In this document: one piece after another, positions 39,452 through 49,493 of the stretch | Position numbering within the stretch: the first letter of the stretch is position 1 | Layout of the letters: each line of letters opens with the position of its first letter | Assembly: GCA_050485685.1 (NCBI GenBank) | Contig: JBJHBW010000015.1 | Location: forward strand, 7,733 to 71,732 | Source: Gammaproteobacteria bacterium | GTDB lineage: Bacteria; Pseudomonadota; Gammaproteobacteria; Steroidobacterales; Rariloculaceae | Reading direction: 5' to 3' | DNA length: 64,000 nucleotides | Translations under genes and position numbers: made by a program | Notes under the pieces: model-generated | The model's input: the letters and a program-made list of their open reading frames with translations, nothing else | Told to the model about the DNA's origin: nothing | Database searches by the model: none

Positions 39452-40846
39452 TCAGAAGACGCCTTCGCCGTAGGCTTCGGCGACCAGGTTCTCGAACTTC
39501 GTGAACTCCCCGAGGAAGGTCAGGTGAAACTCGCCGACTGGGCCATTACGCTGTTTGCCGATAATGATATCGGCAATACCCTTGCGCGGCGTATCGGCTT
39601 CGTACACTTCCTCGCGATAAATGAACACGATGAGGTCCGCATCCTGTTCGATTGCACCGGATTCACGCAGGTCCGACATCACCGGTTTCTTGTCGGTGCG
39701 CTGTTCGACGCTGCGGTTGAGCTGTGAAAGCGCGATCACCGGCACATCAAGCTCCTTCGCGAGCGCCTTGAGTGACCGGGATATCTCCGAGATCTCCGTC
39801 GCCCGGTTCTCCTTGGTGCCTGCGACCTGCATCAGCTGCAGATAGTCGACCACAATGAGCCCCAGCCCGTGTTCACGCTTCAGCCGGCGCGCCCTCGCCC
39901 TCATCTCGGTGGGCGACAGACCCGCGCCGTCGTCGATGAATATCGGCGCGTTGGACATCATGGAGACGGCCGAGTCAATTCTTGACCAGTCTTCTTCCGA
40001 AAGTTTGCCGGTGCGAAGGCGCGACTGGTTGACCCGCCCGATGGAACCGATCATGCGGAAACTCAGCTGCTCCGATGACATCTCCATACTGAAGATCGCC
40101 GTCGGCACCTGGTTGCCTATGGCCGCATTCTCGGCAATGTTCATTGCAAACGTCGTCTTGCCCATGGACGGGCGGCCGGCAACGATGATCAGGTCACCGC
40201 GCTGCAGTCCGGCGGTCATCTGATCCATGTCAGCGAAGCCGGTCGATATCCCCGTGATCTCACCCTCAGTGTGACTCAGGACATCGAGACGATCTATGGT
40301 TTCGGGAAGAATCTGTTTCAGCGGCCGGAATCCCGCGCCCCGGCGTTGCCCCCTGTCGGCAATCTCGAACACACGCTGTTCCGCCAGATCCACCAGCTCG
40401 TCAACGGTGCGTCCTTCCTGATCATGCGCGCTGGCGGCGATATCGCCACCGATCTCGATCAGCTGGCGCAGCATCGAGCGCTCACGAACGATACGAGCGT
40501 ACGCGCGGATATTCGCTGCGCTGGGCGTGTCCTCAACCAGCTGGGCGATGTAATCCACGCCACCCGCGGCCTCGAGCTGCGTCGTGCGCTTCAGATACTC
40601 GCTGACAGTGACTGCGTCAGGCGGCTGGTCACGTTCGACCAATGCCTCGATTGCGGAAAATATCAGCCGGTGATCAGGGCGATAGAAATCATCCGACGAC
40701 ACCGCATCGGCGATCTGGTCCCAGGCACGCTGATCCAGCATCAGACCGCCGAGTACAGCCTGCTCCGCCTCCAGCGAATGCGGCGGCAACCGAAGCGCCG
40801 CGGCGCCGGGCCTTCTGGAACCGGATTTGCTGAATGCTTCTACCAT
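39452..40846 (-). CDS. dnaB: Replicative DNA helicase
   Basis: PPHSLEAEQAVLG, GRPSMGKT, VDYLQL, DLRESGAIEQDAD, KQRNGP. No intein seen. Confidence 0.98.
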   Translation of the reverse strand: MVEAFSKSGSRRPGAAALRLPPHSLEAEQAVLGGLMLDQRAWDQIADAVSSDDFYRPDHRLIFSAIEALVERDQPPDAVTVSEYLKRTTQLEAAGGVDYIAQLVEDTPSAANIRAYARIVRERSMLRQLIEIGGDIAASAHDQEGRTVDELVDLAEQRVFEIADRGQRRGAGFRPLKQILPETIDRLDVLSHTEGEITGISTGFADMDQMTAGLQRGDLIIVAGRPSMGKTTFAMNIAENAAIGNQVPTAIFSMEMSSEQLSFRMIGSIGRVNQSRLRTGKLSEEDWSRIDSAVSMMSNAPIFIDDGAGLSPTEMRARARRLKREHGLGLIVVDYLQLMQVAGTKENRATEISEISRSLKALAKELDVPVIALSQLNRSVEQRTDKKPVMSDLRESGAIEQDADLIVFIYREEVYEADTPRKGIADIIIGKQRNGPVGEFHLTFLGEFTKFENLVAEAYGEGVF

Positions 40847-40897
40847 GCGCCCAATTTACCCCGGCAACGCCCTCAGGGAAACGGGCGCCGGCATCGC

Positions 40898-41371
40898 TCA
40901 GGACGCGTCGGCACCTGCCTCGGTTTCCGGCGCCTGCACGATCACCTTGACGGTCACATTCACGTCGCTGTGCAGATGAAATTCCACTTCGTGTTCGCCG
41001 GCCACGCGTATCGGGCCTTCGGCCATGCGGATTTCACTGCGGGACACCTCGATGCCCTCTGCCGCACAGGCTTCGGCAATATCTATGGTACCGACTGAAC
41101 CGAAGAGCTTTCCTTCCGTTCCTGCCTGGGCATTGATGGTCAGCACCTTGCCCTCGAGCTGGCTGGCGCGCGCCTGGGCCGCCGAAAGTTCCTCGGCTGC
41201 CTTGCGTTCAATCTCCGCGCGACGTTCCTCGAACAGCGCGAGGTTTTCGGCAGTCGCCACCGTTGCCTTGCCCTGGGGAAGCAGGAAGTTCCGCGCATAG
41301 CCAGGCTTCACGCGGACCTTGTCACCGATACCACCAAGGTTGTCGATCTTTTCCAGAAGAATGATTTCCAT
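40898..41371 (-). CDS. rplI: 50S ribosomal protein L9
   Basis: [20 protein letters not shown]. Confidence 0.98.
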   Translation of the reverse strand: MEIILLEKIDNLGGIGDKVRVKPGYARNFLLPQGKATVATAENLALFEERRAEIERKAAEELSAAQARASQLEGKVLTINAQAGTEGKLFGSVGTIDIAEACAAEGIEVSRSEIRMAEGPIRVAGEHEVEFHLHSDVNVTVKVIVQAPETEAGADAS

Positions 41372-41386
41372 GTCTTTTCGCTCCGA

Positions 41387-42268
41387 TCACGCACCTGAAC
41401 GCAGGGGTGCGCGCAGGTCAAACAGATTATCCAGCATCCCGACGGCCACCATCGCGAGCATGATGATACCGCTCAACGGGGTCACCAGCAGGACATAAAC
41501 AGGGGCTACAGCAATCGGGTGCCATTGTCGCCGGTATGCCCAGGCATGCAACACCGCCAGTCCCTGAAACAGCAATGCGACCACCGCCAACGGCGCGAGG
41601 TTCCTCACCAGGGCCATGTCCAGCACCAGCGCCAGTCCGATGATGCCGACGGCAGTCAGCCCGACCGCCCTGGACAGCCGGAACTCGCGAAACTGGGCAC
41701 CGAATCGCTCTACACCCTCGGCCATTGCAGACCACCAGTGTGAGAGCACCAGTGCAATTGCAAGCTGCACGAACAGCAATGCGATGATCACGCCCGTCAG
41801 CAGGTGCTGCCATCCGGTCAGCGCCTCGATCTGTTCCGCTGTCGCACCACCGTCACGCAACGCATCCAGCACCTGATCCAGAACCGGGCCGAACACACCG
41901 CGGCCACCATCACCGGCGAGCACGAACAGGACGATCACTGCGCCTGCAATCATCGCAAGCCATTCGAATGTGACCTGGAACGACTGCGCGGACCTCAGCA
42001 ACAGTGCACCGATGAGCACACCGCTGAGAAAGCTGAATACGCCTACCGAACCGAGAACCGCCGCATTGGACCCGGTAATGACAGCGAGGACCAGCATGCC
42101 GCCGACTGCAATGCCGGCGCTCATCATGCCCTGGGACACGCCGCGGCGAACCGTATCCAGTGCCAGCAGCGCCGTTGAAACCAGAGCCACAAACGGCGCC
42201 AGCGCAATTGCCAGCAGGATGAGCCGGTAGCGTTGCCCCAGCAGCCAGTCTATTACGGCCTTCATCAC
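41387..42268 (-). CDS. Membrane protein, DUF2232/YybS-like
   Basis: About 8 hydrophobic segments, FQGLAVLH, GMLDNLFDLR; occupies the rpsR-rplI slot. Confidence 0.7.
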   Translation of the reverse strand: MMKAVIDWLLGQRYRLILLAIALAPFVALVSTALLALDTVRRGVSQGMMSAGIAVGGMLVLAVITGSNAAVLGSVGVFSFLSGVLIGALLLRSAQSFQVTFEWLAMIAGAVIVLFVLAGDGGRGVFGPVLDQVLDALRDGGATAEQIEALTGWQHLLTGVIIALLFVQLAIALVLSHWWSAMAEGVERFGAQFREFRLSRAVGLTAVGIIGLALVLDMALVRNLAPLAVVALLFQGLAVLHAWAYRRQWHPIAVAPVYVLLVTPLSGIIMLAMVAVGMLDNLFDLRAPLRSGA

Positions 42269-42302
42269 AGGCGCCGCACCGCCGCCGGCAGGGCGAGAGT
42301 GC

Positions 42303-42527
42303 TCAGTGCCGGTCGGTGTAAGGCAGCAGCGCGAGAAATCGTGCGCGCTTGATGGCCGTCGCGAGCTGACGCTGATAAGGCGCCCGGGTTCCGGTAATGC
42401 GACTGGGCACGATCTTGCCGGTTTCCGTGATGTAGGCCTTCAGCGTTGCCAGATCCTTGTAGTCGATCTCTTCCACGCCTTCCGCGGTAAAGCGGCAGAA
42501 CTTCTTGCGACGAAAATAACGAGCCAT
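42303..42527 (-). CDS. rpsR: 30S ribosomal protein S18
   Basis: [28 protein letters not shown]. Confidence 0.99.
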   Translation of the reverse strand: MARYFRRKKFCRFTAEGVEEIDYKDLATLKAYITETGKIVPSRITGTRAPYQRQLATAIKRARFLALLPYTDRH

Positions 42528-42581
42528 GTCCTGTGCTCCTGAGTATTCGAGTTTCGGGGCGGGCGGTTTCAGACGCGACGA

Positions 42582-43091
42582 TCAGCCGCGACTGTCCTCG
42601 CCACCTTCCTTGTCCGCAGCGGTGCCGTCAGATGACTCTTCACTGGCGTCGTCTTCCGAATCGGCGTCGCCGTCGCTGTCATCGCCATCACCTTCCGATG
42701 TGCGTGAACGGTCGTCATCACGCGCGCGGGAACCTCGCGATGGACCCTGCGCCTCACGAGCCTTTTCCTCTTCGTTGGCTTTCGCCATTACGGACGGCTC
42801 GGTAATCGCCTTGTCGCGATTGACCACGAGATAACGAAGGACCGCATCGCTGAAACGGAACGAACCGGTGAGCTCTTCGAGCGCAGCCTTGTCGCATTCG
42901 ATGTTCAGCAGGAGGTAGTGGGCCTTGTGAACCTTGGAGATGGGATGGGCCAGCTGTCGGCGCCCCCAGTCTTCCTCACGATGAATGACCCCGCCGGCGC
43001 CTTCGATCATGGTGCGATAACGCACAAGCATCGCAGGCACCTGTTCACTCTGGTCAGGGTGGACCAGAAACACGACTTCGTAGTGTCTCAA
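42582..43091 (-). CDS. rpsF: 30S ribosomal protein S6 with long acidic C-terminal tail
   Basis: [29 protein letters not shown] start. Confidence 0.97.
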   Translation of the reverse strand: MRHYEVVFLVHPDQSEQVPAMLVRYRTMIEGAGGVIHREEDWGRRQLAHPISKVHKAHYLLLNIECDKAALEELTGSFRFSDAVLRYLVVNRDKAITEPSVMAKANEEEKAREAQGPSRGSRARDDDRSRTSEGDGDDSDGDADSEDDASEESSDGTAADKEGGEDSRG

Positions 43092-43143
43092 CTGAAACTC
43101 CCTGTGGATTAACAGCCTCCCGCATCTGGCGGTGAGGCAAGGA
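43092..43143 (-). promoter_or_regulatory. Putative rpsF leader (S6:S18-binding RNA element)
   Basis: Minus-strand hairpin GCCTC-A-CCGC-CAGAT-GCGG-GAGGC containing CCG, just upstream of the GGGAG RBS; fits the described S6:S18 autoregulatory leader. Confidence 0.55.
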
Positions 43144-43261
43144 GTGACTGCCCGGAAACGGCTCCGGGACTGGTCAAAGGTCGAGCATCGTACTCGACTG
43201 GCGCACGCGGCTCAAGGGCGCTGCAGCATCAGGCACATCGCGGCCCAGAGGCGCGACCAAC

Positions 43262-44032
43262 TCACTCGCGGCGCGCGCTGCCGTCCCCAGGGCCGCCTGC
43301 CTGTCGCACGACCTCGAAAAGGACGACCGCGGCGGCAACCGATACGTTCAGGCTGCCGACGGAGCCCCTCATCGGAATCTGCACCAGCTCGTCACAATGC
43401 TCCCGGGTAAGGCGCCTGAGGCCGCGCCCTTCGGATCCCAGCACCAGCGCCAGAGGCCGGTGCAGCCGGGATGCGTACAGCGATGTCGCGCCATCGGATT
43501 CCGCGCCCACCACCCGCACGTTCACCGACTGCAGCCAGCGCAGCACACGGGCAAGATTCGGGACCTCAACGACAGGGACGGTTTCCGCGGCTCCGGTGGC
43601 GACCTTCAGGGCCGCCGGCGTCAGGCTGGCCGAGCGCGACCGGGGCACTATGACGGCATCCACACCGGCCGCGTCGGCCGTGCGCAGGCAGGCCCCAAGA
43701 TTGCGCGGATCCTCGACTCCGTCCAGAACCAGCAGCAGCAGATCCGCTCCCCTGGCCAGCACACGTTCTTCCAGGTCCGTCACCGACAGTGGCTGCGGTG
43801 GACGCACCTCAAGCAACACACCCTGATGGGCACCGCCACCCGCCAGACGGTCGAGCTCGTGTCGGCTGGTACGCCGCACCTGAGCGCCGGCAGCGCTGAT
43901 CTGCGCAGCAAGCGCTTCAAGCTGCGAGTTCCTGTCTCCGGCGAGGACTACCGCACTGACAATACCGTGCGGGCGGGCTGCCAGTACCGCCCGCGCCGTA
44001 TGGATGCCATACACGCGATAGCTGGAGGACAA
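43262..44032 (-). CDS. rlmB: 23S rRNA (G2251-2'-O)-methyltransferase
   Basis: HQGV, LDGVEDPRNLGACLR, GSEGRG, SLNVSVAA (SpoU); follows rnr. Confidence 0.95.
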   Translation of the reverse strand: MSSSYRVYGIHTARAVLAARPHGIVSAVVLAGDRNSQLEALAAQISAAGAQVRRTSRHELDRLAGGGAHQGVLLEVRPPQPLSVTDLEERVLARGADLLLLVLDGVEDPRNLGACLRTADAAGVDAVIVPRSRSASLTPAALKVATGAAETVPVVEVPNLARVLRWLQSVNVRVVGAESDGATSLYASRLHRPLALVLGSEGRGLRRLTREHCDELVQIPMRGSVGSLNVSVAAAVVLFEVVRQAGGPGDGSARRE

Positions 44033-44049
44033 GCTGTTTCCCCGGGTTC

Positions 44050-46302
44050 TCAGCGACGACCTTTGCGGCCGTCACGACGCTCGCGACGCACACCCGTGCC
44101 GCCGCCGCCCTCACCGTCCACAGGCACGAAATCGATCTTGCGATCCTCCAGGTCCACGCCGGCAAGGCGCACTGTCATCGTATCCATGAGCCGGTAACGC
44201 TGCCCGGAACGCTCTCCGGTCAATGCCGTGCCCGACGGGTCCCTGTGATAGTAGTCACGCGGCAGCGCAGACACATGCACGAGCCCGTCCACGTGAAGCT
44301 CCGGCACACGTACGAACAGGCCGAAAGGCATCACGGAACTCACGATGACGCTGAACTCCTCGCCTATGCGCTTTTTCATGTATGCGCACTTGAGGCGCTC
44401 CTCCACATCCCAGACCGCCTCATCAGCGCGCCGCTCGGTGCGCGAACAGTGTTCACCAAGTTCTTCCATCTGCGCCGGTGCGTAGCCGAAACCGCGCGCA
44501 CTGCCATTCTCGATCAGCCACTTCAGGGCGCGATGCACCAGCAGATCCGGATAGCGCCGGATCGGAGACGTGAAATGCGCGTACGAACTGAGCGCCAGCC
44601 CGAAGTGACCGGTGTTGCGCGGCTGGTACAGCGCGCGCCGCATGGAACGCAGAATCACGGTCTCGATCAACTCGGCCTCTGCACCACCGGACACTTCATC
44701 CAGAATACGGCTGAGATCACCGGGTTTGAGCTTTCCTCCGGGAGGAATCCTGTAACCGAAAGTCTTCAGAAAGAGCATGAGCTCATCCAGCCGCTCGCTG
44801 TCCGGTCCTTCGTGGACGCGATACAGGGTGGGCATGCGGCGGCGGCCAAGACGCAGGGCCGCCTGCACGTTCGCTGCGATCATGCATTCCTCGATGATGC
44901 GATGCGTCAGCAGGCGCGTCACCGGAAGCACATTGCCAACCTGACCGTAATCGTCCAGCTCGATCTTCGTTTCGTGCTTGTCGAAGCCGATCGCTCCGCG
45001 CCTCTTGCGGGCTTTCTCCAGCGCCGCGTGGACATCACGCAGCGCATTCAGAACCGGCCTTACGCGTCCGTCGCGGCCCCTGGCGCCTGAAGACTCCAGC
45101 ATTTCCCAGGCCTGCTCATAGGTGAGCCGCGCTGCCGATCGCATGACGGCTTCGAAAAACCGCGACTGCCGCACCTTGCCCTGCGGGGTGACAAACATCT
45201 CGCAGCACACGCACAACCTGTCCACCTTCGGGCGCAGTGAGCACAAACCATTGGAAAGGGCCTCCGGCAACATCGGCACTACCCGGTCCGGAAAGTACAC
45301 GGATGTGCCCCTTCCGCGTGCTTCGGTGTCAATCACCGAGCCCGGTGTCACATAGTGCGCGACATCGGCAATTGCCACGAGAAGGCGCCAGCCATTGCCA
45401 TCGGGTTCAGCGTACACCGCATCGTCGAAGTCCTTCGCGTCCGCGCCGTCAATGGTCACCAGAGGCGTGTCGCGCAGATCCTCGCGGCCGCGTTTGGCAG
45501 CCCGGGTCACCACGTCCGGATATTGTTCTACCGCCTGCAGAACGTCTTCCGGCCATACGCTCGGAATGTCATGGGAAAGAATCGCGATTTCGGTTTCTAT
45601 GCCCGGACTGTCCGGTCGGCCGATAACCTCGACAATGTGACCCACCGCGTGCACACGGCCTTTCGGATACTCGATGATTTCAGCGCGCACGATATCGCCC
45701 GGTCGTGCCTTGCCTTTCTTGCCGCGCGCGATCAGCACTTCCGTGCGCGCGTCACCCTCTTCCAGCACGTAGTCGATGCCGCGGTCGCTGTGAAATGTGC
45801 CAACCACTGCCGTGACCGCTCTGGCCAGGATCTCGACCACATGACCGGCACGGCCACGCGGGCTTTCCGTGACATGCACCGCGACACGATCGCCATCGAA
45901 CAAGGGCAGCATTTCGCGAGCCGGGAGATAAAGATCGTCGGATCCGTCATCCGGCCTGAGGAATCCGTAGCCATCGCGATGCGCAATGACTTTCCCTGCC
46001 ACCAGATCCAGATGCTGCGTGAGGCAGAACTCGCCCGCGCGATTGCGTATCAGCTGCCCGTCTCGGACCATCGCGCGCAGTCGGTTCTCCAGAGCACGCT
46101 GATGCTGTTCGTCATGGATATCCAGTCGACCGGCGAGTGCAGGCAATGTCAGGGGCCGCCCGGCACGCTCCATCTCGGACGAGATCTCCGTGCGCTGCGG
46201 AATCGGGAACTGATACTGACGCTGATCGGATTGCCGGTCGCTCCGGCCGCCACGCGCCATCAGCGCGGCACCCGAGGCCGGACCGGGAGGTTGAGCAGGC
46301 AT
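44050..46302 (-). CDS. rnr: Ribonuclease R
   Basis: HTH, HRDGYGF, TIDGADAKDFDDA, HFTSPIRRYPDL, S1 domain, basic tail. Start may be ATG 46260. Confidence 0.97.
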   Translation of the reverse strand: MPAQPPGPASGAALMARGGRSDRQSDQRQYQFPIPQRTEISSEMERAGRPLTLPALAGRLDIHDEQHQRALENRLRAMVRDGQLIRNRAGEFCLTQHLDLVAGKVIAHRDGYGFLRPDDGSDDLYLPAREMLPLFDGDRVAVHVTESPRGRAGHVVEILARAVTAVVGTFHSDRGIDYVLEEGDARTEVLIARGKKGKARPGDIVRAEIIEYPKGRVHAVGHIVEVIGRPDSPGIETEIAILSHDIPSVWPEDVLQAVEQYPDVVTRAAKRGREDLRDTPLVTIDGADAKDFDDAVYAEPDGNGWRLLVAIADVAHYVTPGSVIDTEARGRGTSVYFPDRVVPMLPEALSNGLCSLRPKVDRLCVCCEMFVTPQGKVRQSRFFEAVMRSAARLTYEQAWEMLESSGARGRDGRVRPVLNALRDVHAALEKARKRRGAIGFDKHETKIELDDYGQVGNVLPVTRLLTHRIIEECMIAANVQAALRLGRRRMPTLYRVHEGPDSERLDELMLFLKTFGYRIPPGGKLKPGDLSRILDEVSGGAEAELIETVILRSMRRALYQPRNTGHFGLALSSYAHFTSPIRRYPDLLVHRALKWLIENGSARGFGYAPAQMEELGEHCSRTERRADEAVWDVEERLKCAYMKKRIGEEFSVIVSSVMPFGLFVRVPELHVDGLVHVSALPRDYYHRDPSGTALTGERSGQRYRLMDTMTVRLAGVDLEDRKIDFVPVDGEGGGGTGVRRERRDGRKGRR

Positions 46303-46423
46303 GCTGAGTTTTGCATGCGCGGCATTCTATACGTTCCTGCGCACCGAAGCGCCGTCAGACACACGCCGCCAGGCTGCAGCCCCGGTTCGGATCATGGCCG
46401 CCGGGGCCTGCCGCAAGCTGAGT

Positions 46424-46452
46424 TTGACAGTGCACCGCGCAGTCAGTAAATT
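46424..46452 (+). promoter_or_regulatory. Sigma70 promoter for tRNA-Leu
   Basis: TTGACA-17 bp-TAAATT followed by a GC-rich discriminator. Confidence 0.7.
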
Positions 46453-46470
46453 TCGCCACCCTGCCCCTGA

Positions 46471-46557
<87 letters not shown>

Positions 46558-46604
46558 CTATCGCAACATTTCGCACCCGCACAACAGCCCGCAATCCTTC
46601 GATC

Positions 46605-47468
46605 CTAGCGCTCGCGCGCGGGAAGCCCGTGAGGCCAGGATTCCCGGTACACCCGCCATTCGTCATCGCTGCGCACCCACAGCTGCAGAAACGCGCCGTC
46701 TTGCGCTGCGGCTTCACTGTCATTGACGCGAAAGCGACCGGTAATCAACGCCATTCGACCTTCTGCATGGACTTCGTCCATATCCCAGCGCACATCCCCG
46801 GCGATGCCGTCGGCCGGCCATAACTCGCGTACTGCCGCCCTGCCCTGTTCAGGATCCTGTCCCTCGACAAGGACCAGCGCATCCTCTGCATAAAGACCTG
46901 TCAATGCGCTGCCATCACCTGATCTCACATTTTCTGTCCAGTCGCCGAACAACTGTTCGGCAAGCTCGTAGCCACTGCGCTCACCCAGACGCACACCGCG
47001 CTCGTGCCAGGCATCGTTGACGAGCTGCCAGGCCGCGCCGTCACGAGTCCACAGCTGCACGAAGTCACCACGTGAGAACTAGCTGCCGTCGGGACGCACC
47101 ACTGCGTATTCGCCCTGCACGAACAGCACGTTGCCCTCGCCATAGGCCTCGCTGACCTGCAGGTTGAGTGCATAGCCGGTATTCAGAGCGCCGGCCAGGT
47201 GATCCCGTATCGGGCCGCGGCCGCGAATCGTGGGACCATAGGAACGATAGAGACTCGCGTCTTCCGCATAGAGCGCGGCCAGGGCGTCTGTTTCAGCAGC
47301 TTCATACGCTGCTGCCCAGTTGCCGGTCACCTGCAGCGCAATGGCCGCAGACGGCTCCGCCGGTTCCAGGGCACGCTCGGCGCACCCGGAAACCAGTAAC
47401 GCCAGACCTGCAACGCTGTGTGCGACCACGCCATTGCCGACATTATTCAGCGATTTCGGCGCTTTCAT
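46605..47468 (-). pseudogene. Tandem NTF2-like/SnoaL (DUF4440-type) lipoprotein interrupted by one in-frame TAG (pseudogene, readthrough or sequence error)
   Basis: ORFs 47079-47468 and 46605-47060 share a frame: ...RPDGS-TAG(47081-47079)-FSRGDFVQLW.... Repeated LYAEDA, GxFxQLWxR and W-x6-W motifs; lipobox VSGC. Confidence 0.75.
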
Positions 47469-47603
47469 CTCTGCATTCTATCTATAATGCGCGTCCCGGC
47501 ACCGTCGGATCCTGTATGTCGACGTCCGGTGTCCTGGCAACGGCCGTCGCACCACGCCGATCCGCCATGCGGTACGGCAGTCATCCGTTCGAGGTGCCCA
47601 GCG

Positions 47604-49484
47604 ATGTTTCGCTATTTCGAAACTCTGGTAGATCCCTACCCGCAGAACGCGCCGGATACGCCACCACGCCGCCTGTTGCCATTCCTGATGCACTACTCGC
47701 GGCCGGTCATGCCATGGCTGATCATCGTGTCGCTGCTGACCGCAACGATTTCCGCACTCGAGATCGTCCTGTTCAGTTTCATCGGCTCGCTGGTGGACTG
47801 GCTGGCGGATGCAGACCGTGCGACGTTCCTGGCCGAACATGGCGGCAAGCTGGCCGCGATGGGCGTGCTGATCATTATCGGACTGCCGCTGCTGGCCTTG
47901 GTGCAGTCACTATTCCTGCACCAGACGATCTTCGGCAACTACCCGATGATCTCGCGCTGGCTGGCGCACCGATACATTCTCGGCCAGAGCATGCACTTCT
48001 TTCAGGACGAATTCGCCGGGCGGGTCTCACAGAAGGTCATGCAGACCGCGCTCGCCATTCGCGAGACCGTGCTGAAGATGATGGAAGTCTTCATGTACGT
48101 GCTGGTCTATTTCACCGGCGCGATGATCGTCATCGGCACAGCCGAGATGTGGCTTATCGTGCCACTGCTCGCATGGCTGTGCGGTTATATCACGCTCATC
48201 GTGTACTTCGTGCCCAGGCTGCGGCGGGTGTCCATGGCTCAGGCCGATGCGCGCGCGCAGATGACCGGACGTGTCGTCGACAGTTATACCAACATCCAGA
48301 CCATCAAGCTGTTTGCCCACACCCTGCGTGAACAGGACTATGCACGCGATGCCATGCAGGGCTTTCTGCAGACGGTGCACCGGCAGATGAGACTGGTCAC
48401 GAAACTGACGCTCTGCCTGCAATCCATCAATTCCCTGCTGCTGGCTTCGATCGGTGGCATCGCCATTTACGCATGGCTTCTGCAGTCACTGACGCTGGGT
48501 GCGATCGCAGTGGCGCTTGCGCTGATCATGCGTATTCGCGCCATGTCGAACTGGATACTCTGGGAAGTCGCCGGACTGTTCGAGAACATCGGGACCGTTC
48601 AGGACGGGATCAATACGATTGCCCAGCCCCTTGCTGTGACCGATCCTGAGGGTGCTGCGGAACTCTCCGTGAAGCGCGGCGAGATACGGTTCGAGAACGT
48701 CCGTTTTCACTACGGGCGCGACGCCGGCGTGATCGAGGATCTGTCAATCACGATTCGTCCCGGTGAACGCGTTGGCATAGTCGGCCGCTCAGGCGCAGGA
48801 AAGTCCACGCTGTTGAATCTGCTGCTGCGCTTCTATGACCTGGAAGGCGGACGCATACTGATAGATGATCAGGATATCGCCGGTGTGACCCAGGAATCGC
48901 TGCGACGCCATATCGGCATGGTCACACAGGACACATCGCTGTTGCACCGATCCATTCGTGACAACATCCGCTACGGTCGCCCTGATGCCACCGAACAGCA
49001 GATCATCGATGCCGCACGTCGCGCGCACGCGCATGAGTTCATCGGCGACCTGAGCGACCGCAAAGGTCGGCGTGGATACGATGCGCACGTCGGCGAACGG
49101 GGCGTGAAGCTTTCAGGAGGGCAGCGCCAGCGTATAGCCATTGCGCGTGTGCTTCTTAAGGATGCACCCATCCTGCTGCTGGACGAGGCGACCTCGGCAC
49201 TGGACTCCGAAGTCGAAGCAGCCATCCAGGAACAGCTTTACACGCTGATGGCAGGCAAGACTGTCATCGCGATTGCCCACCGGCTCTCCACGATTGCTGT
49301 TCTGGACCGGCTGCTGGTCATGGAACAGGGACGTATCGTCGAAACCGGTAGCCATGAGCAGTTACTGCGGAATGGTGGGCTCTACGCAGCCCTGTGGCAC
49401 CGCCAGTCCGGCGGTTTTCTTGGCCTGGACGTGGACGGGCGCGACGCGAGGGCTGCGGTCGATCCCTTATCCGGGCAATGTTAG
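47604..49484 (+). CDS. ABC exporter, fused permease/ATPase (MsbA-like family)
   Basis: Six TM segments, GRSGAGKST, LSGGQRQR, LDEATSALD, IAHRLST. ATG 47604. Confidence 0.93.
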   Translation: MFRYFETLVDPYPQNAPDTPPRRLLPFLMHYSRPVMPWLIIVSLLTATISALEIVLFSFIGSLVDWLADADRATFLAEHGGKLAAMGVLIIIGLPLLALVQSLFLHQTIFGNYPMISRWLAHRYILGQSMHFFQDEFAGRVSQKVMQTALAIRETVLKMMEVFMYVLVYFTGAMIVIGTAEMWLIVPLLAWLCGYITLIVYFVPRLRRVSMAQADARAQMTGRVVDSYTNIQTIKLFAHTLREQDYARDAMQGFLQTVHRQMRLVTKLTLCLQSINSLLLASIGGIAIYAWLLQSLTLGAIAVALALIMRIRAMSNWILWEVAGLFENIGTVQDGINTIAQPLAVTDPEGAAELSVKRGEIRFENVRFHYGRDAGVIEDLSITIRPGERVGIVGRSGAGKSTLLNLLLRFYDLEGGRILIDDQDIAGVTQESLRRHIGMVTQDTSLLHRSIRDNIRYGRPDATEQQIIDAARRAHAHEFIGDLSDRKGRRGYDAHVGERGVKLSGGQRQRIAIARVLLKDAPILLLDEATSALDSEVEAAIQEQLYTLMAGKTVIAIAHRLSTIAVLDRLLVMEQGRIVETGSHEQLLRNGGLYAALWHRQSGGFLGLDVDGRDARAAVDPLSGQC

Positions 49485-49493
49485 AGTGATCGA

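Noticed and set aside
42528-42581. priB missing between rpsF and rpsR
   Set aside because: Absence is ordinary outside Enterobacterales/Betaproteobacteria-type arrangements (e.g. Pseudomonas).
46558-46604. Short recurring CGCA units downstream of tRNA-Leu
   Set aside because: Four 4-6 nt matches with irregular spacing; not a CRISPR, iteron or att repeat, and compatible with chance.
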